From an uncultured Thermoprotei archaeon (GTDB lineage Archaea > Thermoproteota > Thermoprotei > Thermofilales > B15-G2): a stretch of DNA of 64,000 nucleotides. The stretch spans positions 28,237-92,236 of the forward strand of contig CBDUKN010000008.1 of assembly GCA_965367815.1 (NCBI GenBank), read 5' to 3'. Both the position numbers and the translations under genes were made by a program. The notes under the pieces were generated by a model, which saw nothing but the letters and a program-made list of their open reading frames with translations, made no database searches and was not told the DNA's origin. Of the stretch, positions 38,711 through 49,439 are shown piece after piece; the stretch's first letter is position 1; the number at the start of each line of letters is the position of its first letter.

Positions 38711-39078
38711 ACTCCCACCTTCTTTCTTTCAATTATTCTTTTTCTGTAGGAATCCGATAAATCAAGTTTTGTTATCATGACTTTAGATGGATGAATAGGT
38801 ACATGCACTGTAGTTCCGTCTGCTTTCTGTCTAGTTGCTCCCTCTACGTAAATTCTTCTTTTCTTTAAGCTTACTCTGATAACTTTGCCTTCATGGCCAG
38901 CGTAGTCTCCTCTTAGTATTAAGACAGCATCTCCTTTTCTAACAGGAAGTCTTTTGATACCTAGTTCTTTTCGTAGAGGCTCAGCTAGCTTTGCTGTCAT
39001 GTCTTTTTGCCTTTTGTGAAGTGGTGCATTGAAGTAAAGATATCTCTGTTTACGAGGTTGCTTAGGTGAGCGCCCCAT
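38707..39078 (-). CDS. rpl24: Ribosomal protein L24 (uL24)
   Basis: The KOW region is VRKGDAVLILRGDYAGHEGKVIRV. The start is taken at the internal MGRSPKQ, which is preceded by GGAGGT; the track ORF extends to 39138. Confidence 0.9.
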   Translation of the reverse strand: MGRSPKQPRKQRYLYFNAPLHKRQKDMTAKLAEPLRKELGIKRLPVRKGDAVLILRGDYAGHEGKVIRVSLKKRRIYVEGATRQKADGTTVHVPIHPSKVMITKLDLSDSYRKRIIERKKVGV

Positions 39079-39229
39079 AACGTAACCTCCTTTCAAAGGA
39101 TAAAAGCTAGTTAATAAGGTTTGCCGTGTATAAAACATTCATTAAGATAAATTACCATAGATACATCTAGTTATACTACATGCTTTACAATATTATGTAA
39201 TAAAATATCAAAAATACTTAAATTAGCGT

Positions 39230-39604
39230 TTATTCTCCTTTTTCTGCCAGTCTCTTCTTATAATCCTCTTTTATTTTATTCCAATCTATATGTTTCTGGA
39301 CTATTGTTTTTAAGTGCTCTCTGAGTATCTTCAATGCTTTCTCTCGTCCGAGCCTAGCTGCATTCCATGTAACAAATGGCGGGTAAAAGGTTGCAGACTC
39401 TATCTTAACATTGTCGTCCTCCACTTTGAACTTAATGTAGCCTAGTTCTCTTAAATAGCATGTATCGTTTGGACATAGTATATCTATTTCATTTAGCTCT
39501 TTCTTTAAGAAAAGCAGTTTATAGTCAGACGGTTGCTCTATAATTCTACCACATGGACACTGTATTTTTTCTTCCTGAGGCTCGTTCGTGCTCAAACGTA
39601 CCAC
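39230..39604 (-). CDS. Hypothetical protein with Cys pairs (possible zinc ribbon)
   Basis: 124 aa with CPCG...CPNDTC. No family recognised. Confidence 0.4.
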   Translation of the reverse strand: MVRLSTNEPQEEKIQCPCGRIIEQPSDYKLLFLKKELNEIDILCPNDTCYLRELGYIKFKVEDDNVKIESATFYPPFVTWNAARLGREKALKILREHLKTIVQKHIDWNKIKEDYKKRLAEKGE

Positions 39605-39798
39605 CTAACCATTTTTACTACTCACCACCTATAATTTTAACTTTTTCGCTTATCTAATCTTACACATTAATAGCATACAATAACTTAGGTAACTGTCTCT
39701 GCTTTTTTACATTAATATTCGAAAATTTCATTATATTAATTTCCAAACAATACATTTTTACAAGAAAAATAAAATACTTGTTTAAAAGTTCTAGAAAG

Positions 39799-39893
39799 TG
39801 CGCCGGCCGGGATTCGAACCCGGGTTCGCCGGCTTTCTTCACGCATTATAGCGTGTGGGAGGCCGGCATCCTACCAGGCTAGACCACCGGCGC
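39799..39893 (-). tRNA. tRNA-Gly(CCC) with a ~21-nt intron after position 37 (intron ~39835..39855)
   Basis: Manual cloverleaf: acceptor GCGCCGG/CCGGCGC, anticodon stem CCGGC/GCCGG, loop CTCCCA|intron|A, T arm CCGGG-TTCGAAT-CCCGG. The intron has an ACGC..GCGT hairpin. Confidence 0.85.
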
Positions 39894-39956
39894 AATTTAT
39901 CATTACTCAATTGAAGATATATATTTGTCGCCTTTCACGAACAGCAATAGAAATAA

Positions 39957-40475
39957 ATGTTCTTAAACCATATCTATGAAGTGGTACTTCAAAAGAAAAA
40001 ACGCTGTGCTGCTCTACTTACTGTTAAACCGGGTAAGGAAAATAGAGCACTACAAGACATAAAGGATCTCGTGTTTCCTTATGATCCCTCTATTCAGTTA
40101 ATTAAAACAAAGTACAGCGGACTATTGCTGCTTTTTACCGACCTTGAGAAAGAGGAAATACTACGTCTTTTGTCTTCTGTACCGCTACCGTTTCTAATTA
40201 AAACTACTGTATTCGATAAATATGCTCTCGATTCAAAAGAATACAATGATATAATATTATATGTAAAAGAGAGATTATTAAAATTTAAGTCAGATGAATA
40301 TGTTGTATTAACTAAATTAAATATTAGAGGAAATAATAATAAAATATTAGCTTTAACTAGAACCGTTAACTCTATTCTAAATATACCGCACAAAAAGGAA
40401 AATATACGTAAAACAATAGTAGTAAAAATAGATGTTATAGACAACTTTGTAGGTTTAAATATTGATATGACTTAG
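39957..40475 (+). CDS. Hypothetical protein
   Basis: 172-aa ORF with coding-like composition. No motif recognised. Confidence 0.35.
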   Translation: MFLNHIYEVVLQKKKRCAALLTVKPGKENRALQDIKDLVFPYDPSIQLIKTKYSGLLLLFTDLEKEEILRLLSSVPLPFLIKTTVFDKYALDSKEYNDIILYVKERLLKFKSDEYVVLTKLNIRGNNNKILALTRTVNSILNIPHKKENIRKTIVVKIDVIDNFVGLNIDMT

Positions 40476-40530
40476 CGATTGCTTAATTTTATTATCTATA
40501 GTGTTCCCGCCCTAGTTAGCGATAGGAATA

Positions 40531-40551
40531 AATACTTTCAATAAAAGTATT
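40531..40551. promoter_or_regulatory. Palindrome AATACTTT-CAATA-AAAGTATT just upstream of orc1/cdc6 (possible operator/promoter element)
   Basis: A perfect 8-bp inverted repeat with a 5-nt spacer, ending 19 nt before the start codon at 40570. Confidence 0.3.
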
Positions 40552-40569
40552 GAGGTAGAGTGAAAGTAA

Positions 40570-41808
40570 ATGTCGCTGGAAAAAATACTCTTTGGTGAGG
40601 GAAAAATAATTAGACGCGAAGAGGCTTTAATACCTTCGTCAAAATTTATTCCACGTAGACTTCCGTGTAGAGAAAAGCAGCTAGAAAAAATAGGAATATT
40701 GTTTAGAGACATTCTACGAACTAAGGGCTCTGTGTATGTTAGATGTGTCCTAGAAGGTCCTGTGGGTACAGGAAAAACCATTGTTTCACAATATTTTGGA
40801 AAGAAAATAGAGGAAGCAGCCAAGAAGTATGGAATGAACTTACGTTACGTACATGTTAACTGTCCTAATAATCCCTCTCTCTTTAAAATAATGAAAAAGA
40901 TTGCAGAAAAATTAGGACTTTCAGTACCCAAACGCGGCTTATCAGCTCAAGAAATTATGCATCATGTATGGGAAACTTTAGTAGAACAAAATACTTACAT
41001 AATAGTAGCTCTCGACGATGCAGATTTATTAATTAAAAGAAATAGAGCCAGCAGCAGAGAAATTTTCTACAATTTACTCAGAATATCAGATGAATACTTT
41101 GATACAAAACAGCATGTAAATTATATAATTATAGTAAAAGAAATAAGCACACTATATTCTTTTGACGAAAGTATAACAAGTATGCTTTTACACAATATTA
41201 TCAAGTTTCCTCCATATAGTAGTGAAGAAATAAAAGAAATTTTAGCCGAAAGAGTCTATGAAGAAAAAGCTGTTGTTGAAAATAGTGTTTCAGAAGAGAT
41301 TTTAGATATGATAAGCGAATACATAGGTTACGATAGAGGGGGAACTGGAAACGCTAGACATGCATTAGAAATATTGTATTTAGCTTGTAAAAATGCTGAA
41401 ATGCGGGGCGATACAAAAGTAACAGTAAATGATGTTAGACACGCCGCAAGTAAAGTGTGTTTAAGTCTCTCTATAGACGATATAAGAGGCTTAACATTAC
41501 ACGAAATACTTCTCTTGCTAGCTATTACGCGTATTTTTAAATACTCCGACAAGGAGTATGTAAAAATAGGTGATGTTGAAAAAATGTATCACGTAGTATG
41601 CGAAGAATATTCAGAGAAACCTAGAGGTCATACACAAGTATGGGAATATGTTAAAAGATTAAGTAATATGAGGTTAATAAATGCAAGATTATCGGGTGTG
41701 GGTGTAAGAGGAAAAACTACTCTGATATCGCTAGTATACCCTCCTGAAGACCTTGAGCATATTTTGGTCGAATATCTTAAAAATAGGCGCTTGTACGAGG
41801 AATACTAG
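40570..41808 (+). CDS. cdc6: Orc1/Cdc6 replication initiator
   Basis: N-terminal ...LPCREKQLEKI..., Walker A GPVGTGKT, Walker B ALDDAD, and a C-terminal winged helix. Confidence 0.93.
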   Translation: MSLEKILFGEGKIIRREEALIPSSKFIPRRLPCREKQLEKIGILFRDILRTKGSVYVRCVLEGPVGTGKTIVSQYFGKKIEEAAKKYGMNLRYVHVNCPNNPSLFKIMKKIAEKLGLSVPKRGLSAQEIMHHVWETLVEQNTYIIVALDDADLLIKRNRASSREIFYNLLRISDEYFDTKQHVNYIIIVKEISTLYSFDESITSMLLHNIIKFPPYSSEEIKEILAERVYEEKAVVENSVSEEILDMISEYIGYDRGGTGNARHALEILYLACKNAEMRGDTKVTVNDVRHAASKVCLSLSIDDIRGLTLHEILLLLAITRIFKYSDKEYVKIGDVEKMYHVVCEEYSEKPRGHTQVWEYVKRLSNMRLINARLSGVGVRGKTTLISLVYPPEDLEHILVEYLKNRRLYEEY

Positions 41809-43043
41809 CTTGCATGCATTCTGATTATTTCTCTAAATGTTCTTTCGCTTATTCCGAGCCACTTTAGTATTTTTCGGCCCTGCTCTTTATTTGCCTCGTA
41901 GATGACTATTATATAGGGCAATATCTCTATATTTGCTTTAGATCTTGATACATGACACTTATTTCTAATTGTATCTAGTACTGCATTTAATTTTTCTCTA
42001 TATTCCTTTGATTTAGACAATATTTTCAGTTTTTCGGGAAATGAGTATTTAACAAACTTTAGCCGCGGCTTACTGCGGATTAAAGAAACTCCCATAGTCA
42101 TTAATTCTAGAGCATAAGGCAAAAGCGACCAATTTTGCGTTTTCTTGATTCTACCCATTATCATATCTGCTTTAGACAACCTATCATAGGCTTCTGCTAA
42201 AGCTTCGAGAGTTGTATACTGATACGGCAAATTTTCGTGAATATACTGGATGAACATTTCATAGTCGAATGAAGGGTTAAGTGTAACAGCTTTTGCGTCA
42301 ATGCACTTCTTAGCGAAAAAGACCTGTCTTACCATGTCGAACATCGACACTTGATGACTTCTTTCTCCAAGTAGCTTTATATCTTCTAGGGTTACTACTT
42401 TCTTGCCCTGAGCGATTGCCTGTAAATCATTGATACACGCCCTAAGATCCCCCTTATTTCTCTTAATAATTGCTTTTAATACTTCATCACTAACTTTTAC
42501 CCCTTCTTTTTCACATATTTTTCTAAGGACTCTTATTTGCAAGTATGCCGGAATAGGCTTAAATTCTATTAAAATACATTTGCCTCTTAAAGATTTGAGC
42601 TTGGGGTCCCATGGATCATTTGCAGTAAGAACTACAGGAACTTTAGTTTCGTTTAATAGTGATTCTATTGCACTAAGTGCTCCAATGTCTTCTCTAAGAT
42701 TTATGCCGTCTACTTCGTCTAGAAGAACTATTTTTCCGCGATAACCGAAAAGACTTTTTTCCTTAATAGAGGTTTTTATTATTCTGTTTAAAGCTTTCGC
42801 TGTTCTTACATCACTTGCATTCATTTCTATTACTTCTAAATTAAATTCTTCAGCAGCCGCATGCACCAATGTAGTTTTACCGCAACCTGGGGGACCATAA
42901 AACAGCGCTCCTCTTTTTTCGGGTATTTTTCCACTGAGCCATATTTTTAGCCATTTAATGAACTTTTCTTTAGCTTCGTTATTACCTACTACTTCACTAA
43001 CTCTTCGTGGCCTGTATTTTTCAGTCCATAAAGTCTGCGCCAT
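41805..43043 (-). CDS. rfcL: Replication factor C large subunit
   Basis: WTEKYRPRRVSEVVGN and GPPGCGKTT. Confidence 0.9.
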   Translation of the reverse strand: MAQTLWTEKYRPRRVSEVVGNNEAKEKFIKWLKIWLSGKIPEKRGALFYGPPGCGKTTLVHAAAEEFNLEVIEMNASDVRTAKALNRIIKTSIKEKSLFGYRGKIVLLDEVDGINLREDIGALSAIESLLNETKVPVVLTANDPWDPKLKSLRGKCILIEFKPIPAYLQIRVLRKICEKEGVKVSDEVLKAIIKRNKGDLRACINDLQAIAQGKKVVTLEDIKLLGERSHQVSMFDMVRQVFFAKKCIDAKAVTLNPSFDYEMFIQYIHENLPYQYTTLEALAEAYDRLSKADMIMGRIKKTQNWSLLPYALELMTMGVSLIRSKPRLKFVKYSFPEKLKILSKSKEYREKLNAVLDTIRNKCHVSRSKANIEILPYIIVIYEANKEQGRKILKWLGISERTFREIIRMHAS

Positions 43044-43078
43044 TAGTCATCCCCGAATCGTGTTCACTTAGACTTTGT

Positions 43079-44083
43079 TTACAGATACTTTTTCCCGAGT
43101 AGCGCCATCTTAGCTAAGAACGCGCTAAGCTGTATCTCTTCATCAGCTCCTTCTACTAGTCTAAAATTAATTTCGCCGGCCAGATCTACTAGCTCTACTT
43201 TAGCTTCTTCAGGTAAGCCTAATTCAGATCTAGGATTAAGTATTTCTCGGTGAATTAGCTTAAGTATATCTAGCCCTGATAAGCCATAGTAGGCCATAAG
43301 TTCTCTTAGCTTACCTCTAGCCTTAATGAAATTGCCCGTCAGTGCTAGCTTAATAAGTTCTCTGATTTCTTTAGGTGACACTTTTCCTACAACTTTGTAT
43401 ACGGCTTGCTCATCTACAACATCTCCTAAGGCGGCCGCTGCCTGAAGAGTATTAATAGCTCTTCTCAGATCCCCACCACTTACTTCCCATATTGCCTCTA
43501 ATCCATCTTCGGTTATCTTCACGCCTTCTTGCTCACAAATATGCTTTATTCTAGCAAGCACATCCTCCTTTTTGAGTGGCTGAAATCTGAAAATAGCGCA
43601 TCGTGACTGAATAGGCTCAATTATTTTCGACGGGTAGTTAGCAATTAAACAGAATCTAGCTGTACGAGAGTACATTTCCATCATTCTTCTGAGTGCCTGC
43701 TGGGCATCACTGGTCATGTTGTCTGCTTCATCGAGTATTATTAGCTTAAACGGAACTTCTCCTAAAGCCACTGTACGCGCATAATCCTTTACTCTCTCTC
43801 TAATAACTTGTATTCCTCTTTCATCAGACGCGTTAAGCTCTAAGACATTCGCTCTCCAGTTTTCTCCGTAAAGCTCTCTTGCTAAACACAAAGCTGCTGT
43901 AGTTTTTCCTGTACCGGGTGGTCCAGCAAAGAGTAAGTGAGGTAAGCTTTTTTCTCGAACAAACTTCTTAAGTCTTTCAACTACTTCCTTCTGGTTAATC
44001 ATTTCATCTAGTCTCTTAGGACGATACTTTTCAACCCATAATTCTAGCTTATCTTCTGTGCTCAAGTTAACCCCTTTTAACAC
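43079..44083 (-). CDS. rfcS: Replication factor C small subunit
   Basis: WVEKYRPKRLDEM, GPPGTGKTT, DEADNMT and SRC. Confidence 0.95.
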   Translation of the reverse strand: MLKGVNLSTEDKLELWVEKYRPKRLDEMINQKEVVERLKKFVREKSLPHLLFAGPPGTGKTTAALCLARELYGENWRANVLELNASDERGIQVIRERVKDYARTVALGEVPFKLIILDEADNMTSDAQQALRRMMEMYSRTARFCLIANYPSKIIEPIQSRCAIFRFQPLKKEDVLARIKHICEQEGVKITEDGLEAIWEVSGGDLRRAINTLQAAAALGDVVDEQAVYKVVGKVSPKEIRELIKLALTGNFIKARGKLRELMAYYGLSGLDILKLIHREILNPRSELGLPEEAKVELVDLAGEINFRLVEGADEEIQLSAFLAKMALLGKKYL

Positions 44084-44183
44084 ATTTATACTGACGTATA
44101 TACTTTTGCCGCTAAAAACAACGTGATAATACAGAAATAATATTATTAGACTCTCAAAGAAACTAGATAACTACTAAAAACTG

Positions 44184-44771
44184 TTATCTAGATGCTAATG
44201 CTATACGCTCTATTTCTTCCTTCTTTCTTACTGCATAACTTGATGGATCATTATTAGCTGCATTAATTATTTCGTCTGCTAGACACTCTTCTATAGTTTT
44301 GGGATTGTTAAATGCAGCTAGTCTAGCTCCTTCACTTATAAATCTTAGAGCCAAGTCTACTCTTCTTTGAGGCGCCACATCAACAGATACATGGTAAAGT
44401 ATTCCTCCGTAAATAATTCTTGTTGTTTCTTCTCTTGGTGCAGCGTTTTCTATAGCTCTTACAAGGACTTGTATTGGATTCTCTCCCGTTTTTAAGTATA
44501 TGATATCAAATGCTCTTTTAACAATGTTTACTGCCATATGTTTCTTTCCAGCATTTCTTCCAGGCCTCATTAACTGGTTTACTAGTCGTTCCACTATGTT
44601 TACTTTAGACTTAGCGAACCTCCTTTTAGCATGTCTGCCTTCGCTGTGAGGTATGAATACTGGGTCTAAGCATATATACTGCTTTAAGCCTGGGTCTCTT
44701 ACTTCGATGTTCTTGAATGACCATTTTCCAAACAATTTGATTTCTTTTCCATCGAGAGTTTGCTCAACCAT
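44184..44771 (-). CDS. rps7: Ribosomal protein S7 (uS7)
   Basis: ...[29 protein letters not shown]... Confidence 0.93.
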   Translation of the reverse strand: MVEQTLDGKEIKLFGKWSFKNIEVRDPGLKQYICLDPVFIPHSEGRHAKRRFAKSKVNIVERLVNQLMRPGRNAGKKHMAVNIVKRAFDIIYLKTGENPIQVLVRAIENAAPREETTRIIYGGILYHVSVDVAPQRRVDLALRFISEGARLAAFNNPKTIEECLADEIINAANNDPSSYAVRKKEEIERIALASR

Positions 44772-44806
44772 ATTCTTACAGCCTTTCTTTTCGTGACTTA
44801 AAAGTT

Positions 44807-46270
44807 TTATCCCTTAGTCACAGCTATAGGTACTAATCGAACCACTTTTGTGGCTATTCCAACTCTATGACTTACTTCAGCAACTCTGTCAACATCCTTG
44901 TAAGCTCCTGGTGCTTCTTCAGCAACCACTCTGATGTTTGCTGCTCTTACTAGAATTCCCCGCTTTTCTAGCTCCGCCTTAACTTTAGAGCCCCAGTAAC
45001 GCCTTATTGCTGCCTGTCTGCTTAAGAATCTTCCAGCACCATGAGCAGTACTTCCGAAAGTTATTTCCATGGCACGTGGAGTTCCTACGAGAGCATATGA
45101 TGCTGTACCCATCGATCCTGGTATCAAGACAGGCTGCCCAATGTTTTTGTACTTTGCTGGAATATCAGGGTGTCCAGGAGGAAACGCCCTTGTCGCACCC
45201 TTTCTATGAACTATTACTTTTTTAGTAGCACCGTCGATTTTATGGTATTCTATTTTAGCAATATTGTGAGCAACATCATAAACTAGCTGCAGTCCGAGTT
45301 CGTCTGCTTTTTTCTTAAATACTTTCTCGAAAGCCTGTCTAGTCCAGTGAAGTATGCACTGTCTATTAGCCCAAGCGAAGTTACAGGCGCAGCTCATTGC
45401 TGCAAAATAGTCCTCTGCTTCCTTGCTTTTTACAGGAGCGCAAGCAAGCTCTCTATCGGGAGGCCTTATTCCATACTTTCTCATAGCGTGCTCCATCACT
45501 CTCAAATAGTCGCTACATACTTGATGCCCGAAACCTCTACTTCCAGTATGTATCATTACTGTTACTTGTCCTTCTTCATATATTCCCATTTCTTTAGCTG
45601 CTTTAGGATCGTATATTTTGTCTACCACCTGTATCTCAAGGAAATGATTTCCGCTTCCTAGCGTTCCTAGTTGTCCTGAACCTCTCTGCTTAGCGCGCTC
45701 TGAAACTTTATCGGGGTTTGCTGTCTTCATACATCCTTTTTCTTCGCAGAATTCCGCGTCTTCTGGCCATCCATAGCCATGTTTAATAGCCCAACCTACT
45801 CCTTCGCTCAGAACATTATCTAATTCACTTGTCGAAAGCCTTATTTTACCTCTTACACCTACACCTGAAGGTACTAAGGAGAAAATAGTGTCTATAAGCT
45901 CTTTTAGTACAGGTTTTACATCTTTTATCGTTAGGTCTGTTCGCACAAGTCTTACTCCGCAGTTAATATCGTATCCAACTCCTCCTGGACTAATTACACC
46001 TTCTTCAGCATCTATTGCAGCGACTCCACCTATTGGAAAACCGTATCCCTGATGAGCATCTGGTAGAGCTATAGCATATTTATAGATTCCAGGTAAGTGA
46101 GCAACGTTTGCACATTGTACTAACGTGAGGTCACTCTTCATTTTCTGTAGAAGATAATCATCTGCGAAGATCCTTCCAGGAACTCTCATTCCAGGCTTAT
46201 ATGACTTAGGAATTTCCCATACGTAGTCTCCTAGCTTAATTAAAGGAACATTAACAGACATTATCTTCAC
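44807..46270 (-). CDS. rtcB: RNA-splicing ligase RtcB
   Basis: [30 protein letters not shown] and TAHGAGR. Confidence 0.95.
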   Translation of the reverse strand: MKIMSVNVPLIKLGDYVWEIPKSYKPGMRVPGRIFADDYLLQKMKSDLTLVQCANVAHLPGIYKYAIALPDAHQGYGFPIGGVAAIDAEEGVISPGGVGYDINCGVRLVRTDLTIKDVKPVLKELIDTIFSLVPSGVGVRGKIRLSTSELDNVLSEGVGWAIKHGYGWPEDAEFCEEKGCMKTANPDKVSERAKQRGSGQLGTLGSGNHFLEIQVVDKIYDPKAAKEMGIYEEGQVTVMIHTGSRGFGHQVCSDYLRVMEHAMRKYGIRPPDRELACAPVKSKEAEDYFAAMSCACNFAWANRQCILHWTRQAFEKVFKKKADELGLQLVYDVAHNIAKIEYHKIDGATKKVIVHRKGATRAFPPGHPDIPAKYKNIGQPVLIPGSMGTASYALVGTPRAMEITFGSTAHGAGRFLSRQAAIRRYWGSKVKAELEKRGILVRAANIRVVAEEAPGAYKDVDRVAEVSHRVGIATKVVRLVPIAVTKG

Positions 46271-46362
46271 CCTCTAGCACATTTCTTAGAAGTCTTATTT
46301 ATAAAAACTTTACTTGTCCTAAACAACTACAGAAGAACTTTCTATGCCATAGATCTGGCGCA

Positions 46363-46821
46363 CTATATATCTAAGACAAACTTGACCACATACTTTCCAT
46401 TTTCTTCACTAATTTCCATTAATGAATAAGTAACTGCCTTTACTAGAGTTCTTTGTTCGTGTTTTTGCGGATCAAAGGGTTCTCCCCAAGCTTCAGCTGT
46501 GAGTATAAAGGTATCGTTCTTCTTAGATATGCTTTGAACACGTATTTTTGAAAAAACTAAATTCTTTACTTCAAAAAGATAGAGCAATTCTTCAAGCCAA
46601 TTATATAGAAGAGACTGCTTATCAAAGCCCTCAACTTCAATTTTTTCACATACCTTAGAGTCAACTTTGCTTGTATCTGTCATCACTTCAAAAAGAGCTA
46701 CTCCCGCATTAGCGTATGCCTCTTCAAGTGTTCTTCCATAAGCCGCTATATATACGTCGGCAGTATGCTCAAGAAACTTAAATCTCTTAAAATTCTCATT
46801 TTTAGTCATTGTCTCCCCCAT
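46363..46821 (-). CDS. Archease (RtcB activator)
   Basis: FKFLEHTADVYIAAYG signature. The start is set at an internal Met because the track ORF N-terminus (to 46914) reads through the tRNA-Ser gene. Confidence 0.85.
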   Translation of the reverse strand: MGETMTKNENFKRFKFLEHTADVYIAAYGRTLEEAYANAGVALFEVMTDTSKVDSKVCEKIEVEGFDKQSLLYNWLEELLYLFEVKNLVFSKIRVQSISKKNDTFILTAEAWGEPFDPQKHEQRTLVKAVTYSLMEISEENGKYVVKFVLDI

Positions 46822-46835
46822 GTAACAAATATTGG

Positions 46836-46920
46836 CGCCGGGGGTGGGATTTGAACCCACGCGGCCCATAGGGCCATCGGCTCTCCAGGCCGACGCCTTA
46901 GACCACTCGGCCACCCCGGC
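46836..46920 (-). tRNA. tRNA-Ser(GGA), intron-less
   Basis: Manual cloverleaf: GCCGGGG acceptor, long variable arm TGGCCCTATGGGCCGC, anticodon loop CTGGAGA, T arm GTGGG-TTCAAAT-CCCAC. CCA follows in the DNA. Confidence 0.9.
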
Positions 46921-47068
46921 ATCCTAAACCTATATTATCTGACACTTAAATCTTTCTCTTAAAAGGCAGTAAACACTTACCATAGTGTCAGCTTACAAAG
47001 CTAAGAAAAAATCGAATACAAGAATAGTAAATTTAAAAGACGGAGTACCCAGAGTTGGATAAATAATA

Positions 47069-47377
47069 CTATCTCATTTCAAGTTCTACGTGCACTGACT
47101 CTGGTATTTTTATTCTCATTAATTGACGTATTGCACGCTCGTCAGCATCCATATCAATTATTCTTTTATGGATTCTCATCTCCCACTTATCGAAAGTATG
47201 AGTGCCCTGACCCGATGGAGCTCTTCTAACGGTAACTACAAGTCTTTTTGTAGGTAGCGGTATAGGCCCTCGTATTCTTACGCCTGTTTTCTGGGCAACT
47301 CTCTTGATTTCTTCGCAGACTTCATTTAAGTCTCTAGGCGAAGTTCCGTACAGTTTTATTCTAACTATTCTGGGCAC
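47069..47377 (-). CDS. rps10: Ribosomal protein S10 (uS10)
   Basis: [20 protein letters not shown]...[13 protein letters not shown]. Confidence 0.93.
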   Translation of the reverse strand: MPRIVRIKLYGTSPRDLNEVCEEIKRVAQKTGVRIRGPIPLPTKRLVVTVRRAPSGQGTHTFDKWEMRIHKRIIDMDADERAIRQLMRIKIPESVHVELEMR

Positions 47378-47405
47378 TGAATAACCCCCGGTAGGATATT
47401 TTATG

Positions 47406-48716
47406 TTACTTTCCTATTTTAGCTGGTTTTACATCGATGACTGTTCCTGCAGCTACTGTTCTACCAGAGTCTCTTATAGCGAACCTGCCTAATGGTGGGA
47501 ACTCAGAGTATTTTTCTACTACCACTGGTTTTAGTGGCTTTAGCTTAACGATAGCAGCATCTCCTTGCCTTAGGTAAGATGGATGATCCTCTACAGTGGC
47601 GCCTGTTCTGGGATCTAGCTTCTTAACTAATTCGGCAAATCTTACAGGTACAGTGGCTGTGTGTATGTGTAATACTGGTGTATAGCCTGCGCCTATTGCT
47701 GTCGGGTGGTATAGTACGAAGATTCTTGCTACAAACTCTTCTGCTACCGTAGGCGATGAAGTTGGATGACCGCATACGTCGCCTCTTCTTAATTCGTCTC
47801 TCGCAATACCTTTAACGTTGAATCCTATGTTGTCACCGGGCATTGCTTTCTCGATTCTTACGTGGTGTGTTTCTATAGACTTTACTTCACCCTTCTTGTT
47901 TGGTGGCATGAAGACCACTACATCACCTACCTTAAGTATTCCTGTCTCAACACGTCCAACAGGAACTGTGCCTACTCCTGTAATTGAATATACATCCTGG
48001 ATTGGTATTCTTAGAGGCTTGTCTACTGGTCGTGGAGGAACTTCGAATGTGTCAAGTGCTTCGATTAGTGTAGGTCCCTTGTACCATGGCATGTTGGGGC
48101 TTGGTTTAATTAAGTTGTCTCCATAGTAAGCGGAGACTGGTACAAATGGTATTTTATCTACTTTGTATCCGACCATTCTGAGAAGCTTACTTACTCCTTG
48201 TTTTACTTCTTCGTAGCGCTCTTGGCTCCAGTTCACTGTGTCCATCTTGTTGATTGCTACAACTAGCTGGTTAATACCCATCGTTTTAGCTAAGAATATG
48301 TGCTCTCTAGTTTGTCCTGCAGGACCTGTACCGGCTTCATATTCTCCTTGCTTAGCTGAAACTACTAATATGGCACAGTCTGCCTGAGAAGCTCCAGTTA
48401 CCATGTTTTTAACAAAGTCTCTATGGCCTGGACAATCAATTAATGTGAAGAAGAATTTCTTTGTCTCGAACTTGAAAAATGATAAGTCAATGGTCATGTC
48501 ACGCTCTCTTTCCTCCTTGTATGTATCTAGAATCCATGCCCACTTAGCAAACTCTTTTCCAGATTTTTTAGCTAGCTCCTCTAGTTCTTTGATTTTTCTT
48601 TCGTCAACGTGTCCTGTTAGGAAGAGTAGGTGACCTGTTAGTGTAGACTTACCGTGGTCTACGTGACCTATTATTACTAAGTTTAAGTGAGGTTTTTCAG
48701 AGGACATACTTCTCAC
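47406..48716 (-). CDS. tuf: Translation elongation factor 1-alpha (aEF-1alpha)
   Basis: [17 protein letters not shown] and NKMD, with S10 immediately downstream. Switch I reads ERERDMTI (see findings). Confidence 0.95.
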   Translation of the reverse strand: MRSMSSEKPHLNLVIIGHVDHGKSTLTGHLLFLTGHVDERKIKELEELAKKSGKEFAKWAWILDTYKEERERDMTIDLSFFKFETKKFFFTLIDCPGHRDFVKNMVTGASQADCAILVVSAKQGEYEAGTGPAGQTREHIFLAKTMGINQLVVAINKMDTVNWSQERYEEVKQGVSKLLRMVGYKVDKIPFVPVSAYYGDNLIKPSPNMPWYKGPTLIEALDTFEVPPRPVDKPLRIPIQDVYSITGVGTVPVGRVETGILKVGDVVVFMPPNKKGEVKSIETHHVRIEKAMPGDNIGFNVKGIARDELRRGDVCGHPTSSPTVAEEFVARIFVLYHPTAIGAGYTPVLHIHTATVPVRFAELVKKLDPRTGATVEDHPSYLRQGDAAIVKLKPLKPVVVEKYSEFPPLGRFAIRDSGRTVAAGTVIDVKPAKIGK

Positions 48717-48835
48717 CCACTGCGAACAGACATTACCTTAGCTCCTATTTAAACTTTCCCCATGAGATTAAAGCTTAAAAAGAAAATCTCGATAGTTACG
48801 ATTAGACAACTAAGCAATTAAGAGAGGTGTAGACA

Positions 48836-49354
48836 ATGGATATCTGGTCTCTCTACTTCGCAATAATAGAAGCTCTCAGAAACATGCTCCTGCCTCTGTA
48901 TACTTCATCGTATCCATTATTCTTACTTGCATTAACACTTTTCATGACAACATTTATACTATTAACAATAATACTAAATATATTACTAGTCAACTATAAG
49001 AAAATATCATATTTAACACAAGAGATAATTGCTTGGGAAAAAGCAAAGGAAAGGGCTATAAAAACAAAAAATAGAAAGCTTTATAATAAGATTATGAGAC
49101 AAAAAACTAGAATAAGTAATATTAAAACCGAAATGGAAAAAGAAAAAATGAAAGGCTATATAATAAGCGCAATAGTATGGATTATTTCATTTAAAATACT
49201 AACAGATATATTTACTAACGTAAACATTATATATGCACCATTTCTAGGACGCCCAATAAATGTAACTTACTACTTTATATTAATAAGCATATGGCTATAC
49301 CCTATGATAACATATTTAATGCAGAGTAAAATATTAAAGATAAAACTATTATAA
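48836..49354 (+). CDS. DUF106/COG1422-type membrane protein (archaeal Oxa1/YidC-like)
   Basis: Three hydrophobic segments with a basic coiled-coil loop (KAKERAIKTKNRKLYNKIMRQK). It sits in the conserved neighbourhood with L34e-cmk-L14e. Confidence 0.45.
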   Translation: MDIWSLYFAIIEALRNMLLPLYTSSYPLFLLALTLFMTTFILLTIILNILLVNYKKISYLTQEIIAWEKAKERAIKTKNRKLYNKIMRQKTRISNIKTEMEKEKMKGYIISAIVWIISFKILTDIFTNVNIIYAPFLGRPINVTYYFILISIWLYPMITYLMQSKILKIKLL

Positions 49355-49439
49355 ACTATTCATCGTCCTTTTACACAATAGACACATAAGCCGGAGAGAA
49401 ATATTTAAAATATAGTACCTATATCCTCTTTGAAGACCC

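Noticed and set aside
39660-39842. ORF 39660-39842, the N-terminal 31 codons of ORF 46363-46914, and ORF 51625-51903
   Set aside because: All three read through tRNA genes (Gly-CCC, Ser-GGA, Ser-UGA). The peptide stretches such as GFEPTRP and GSNPTPG are translations of the tRNA T arms.
40512-40823. ORF 40512-40823 (minus strand) overlapping the 5' end of orc1/cdc6
   Set aside because: It lies antisense to the well-supported Orc1/Cdc6 N-terminus and Walker A region, and its translation has no recognisable features.
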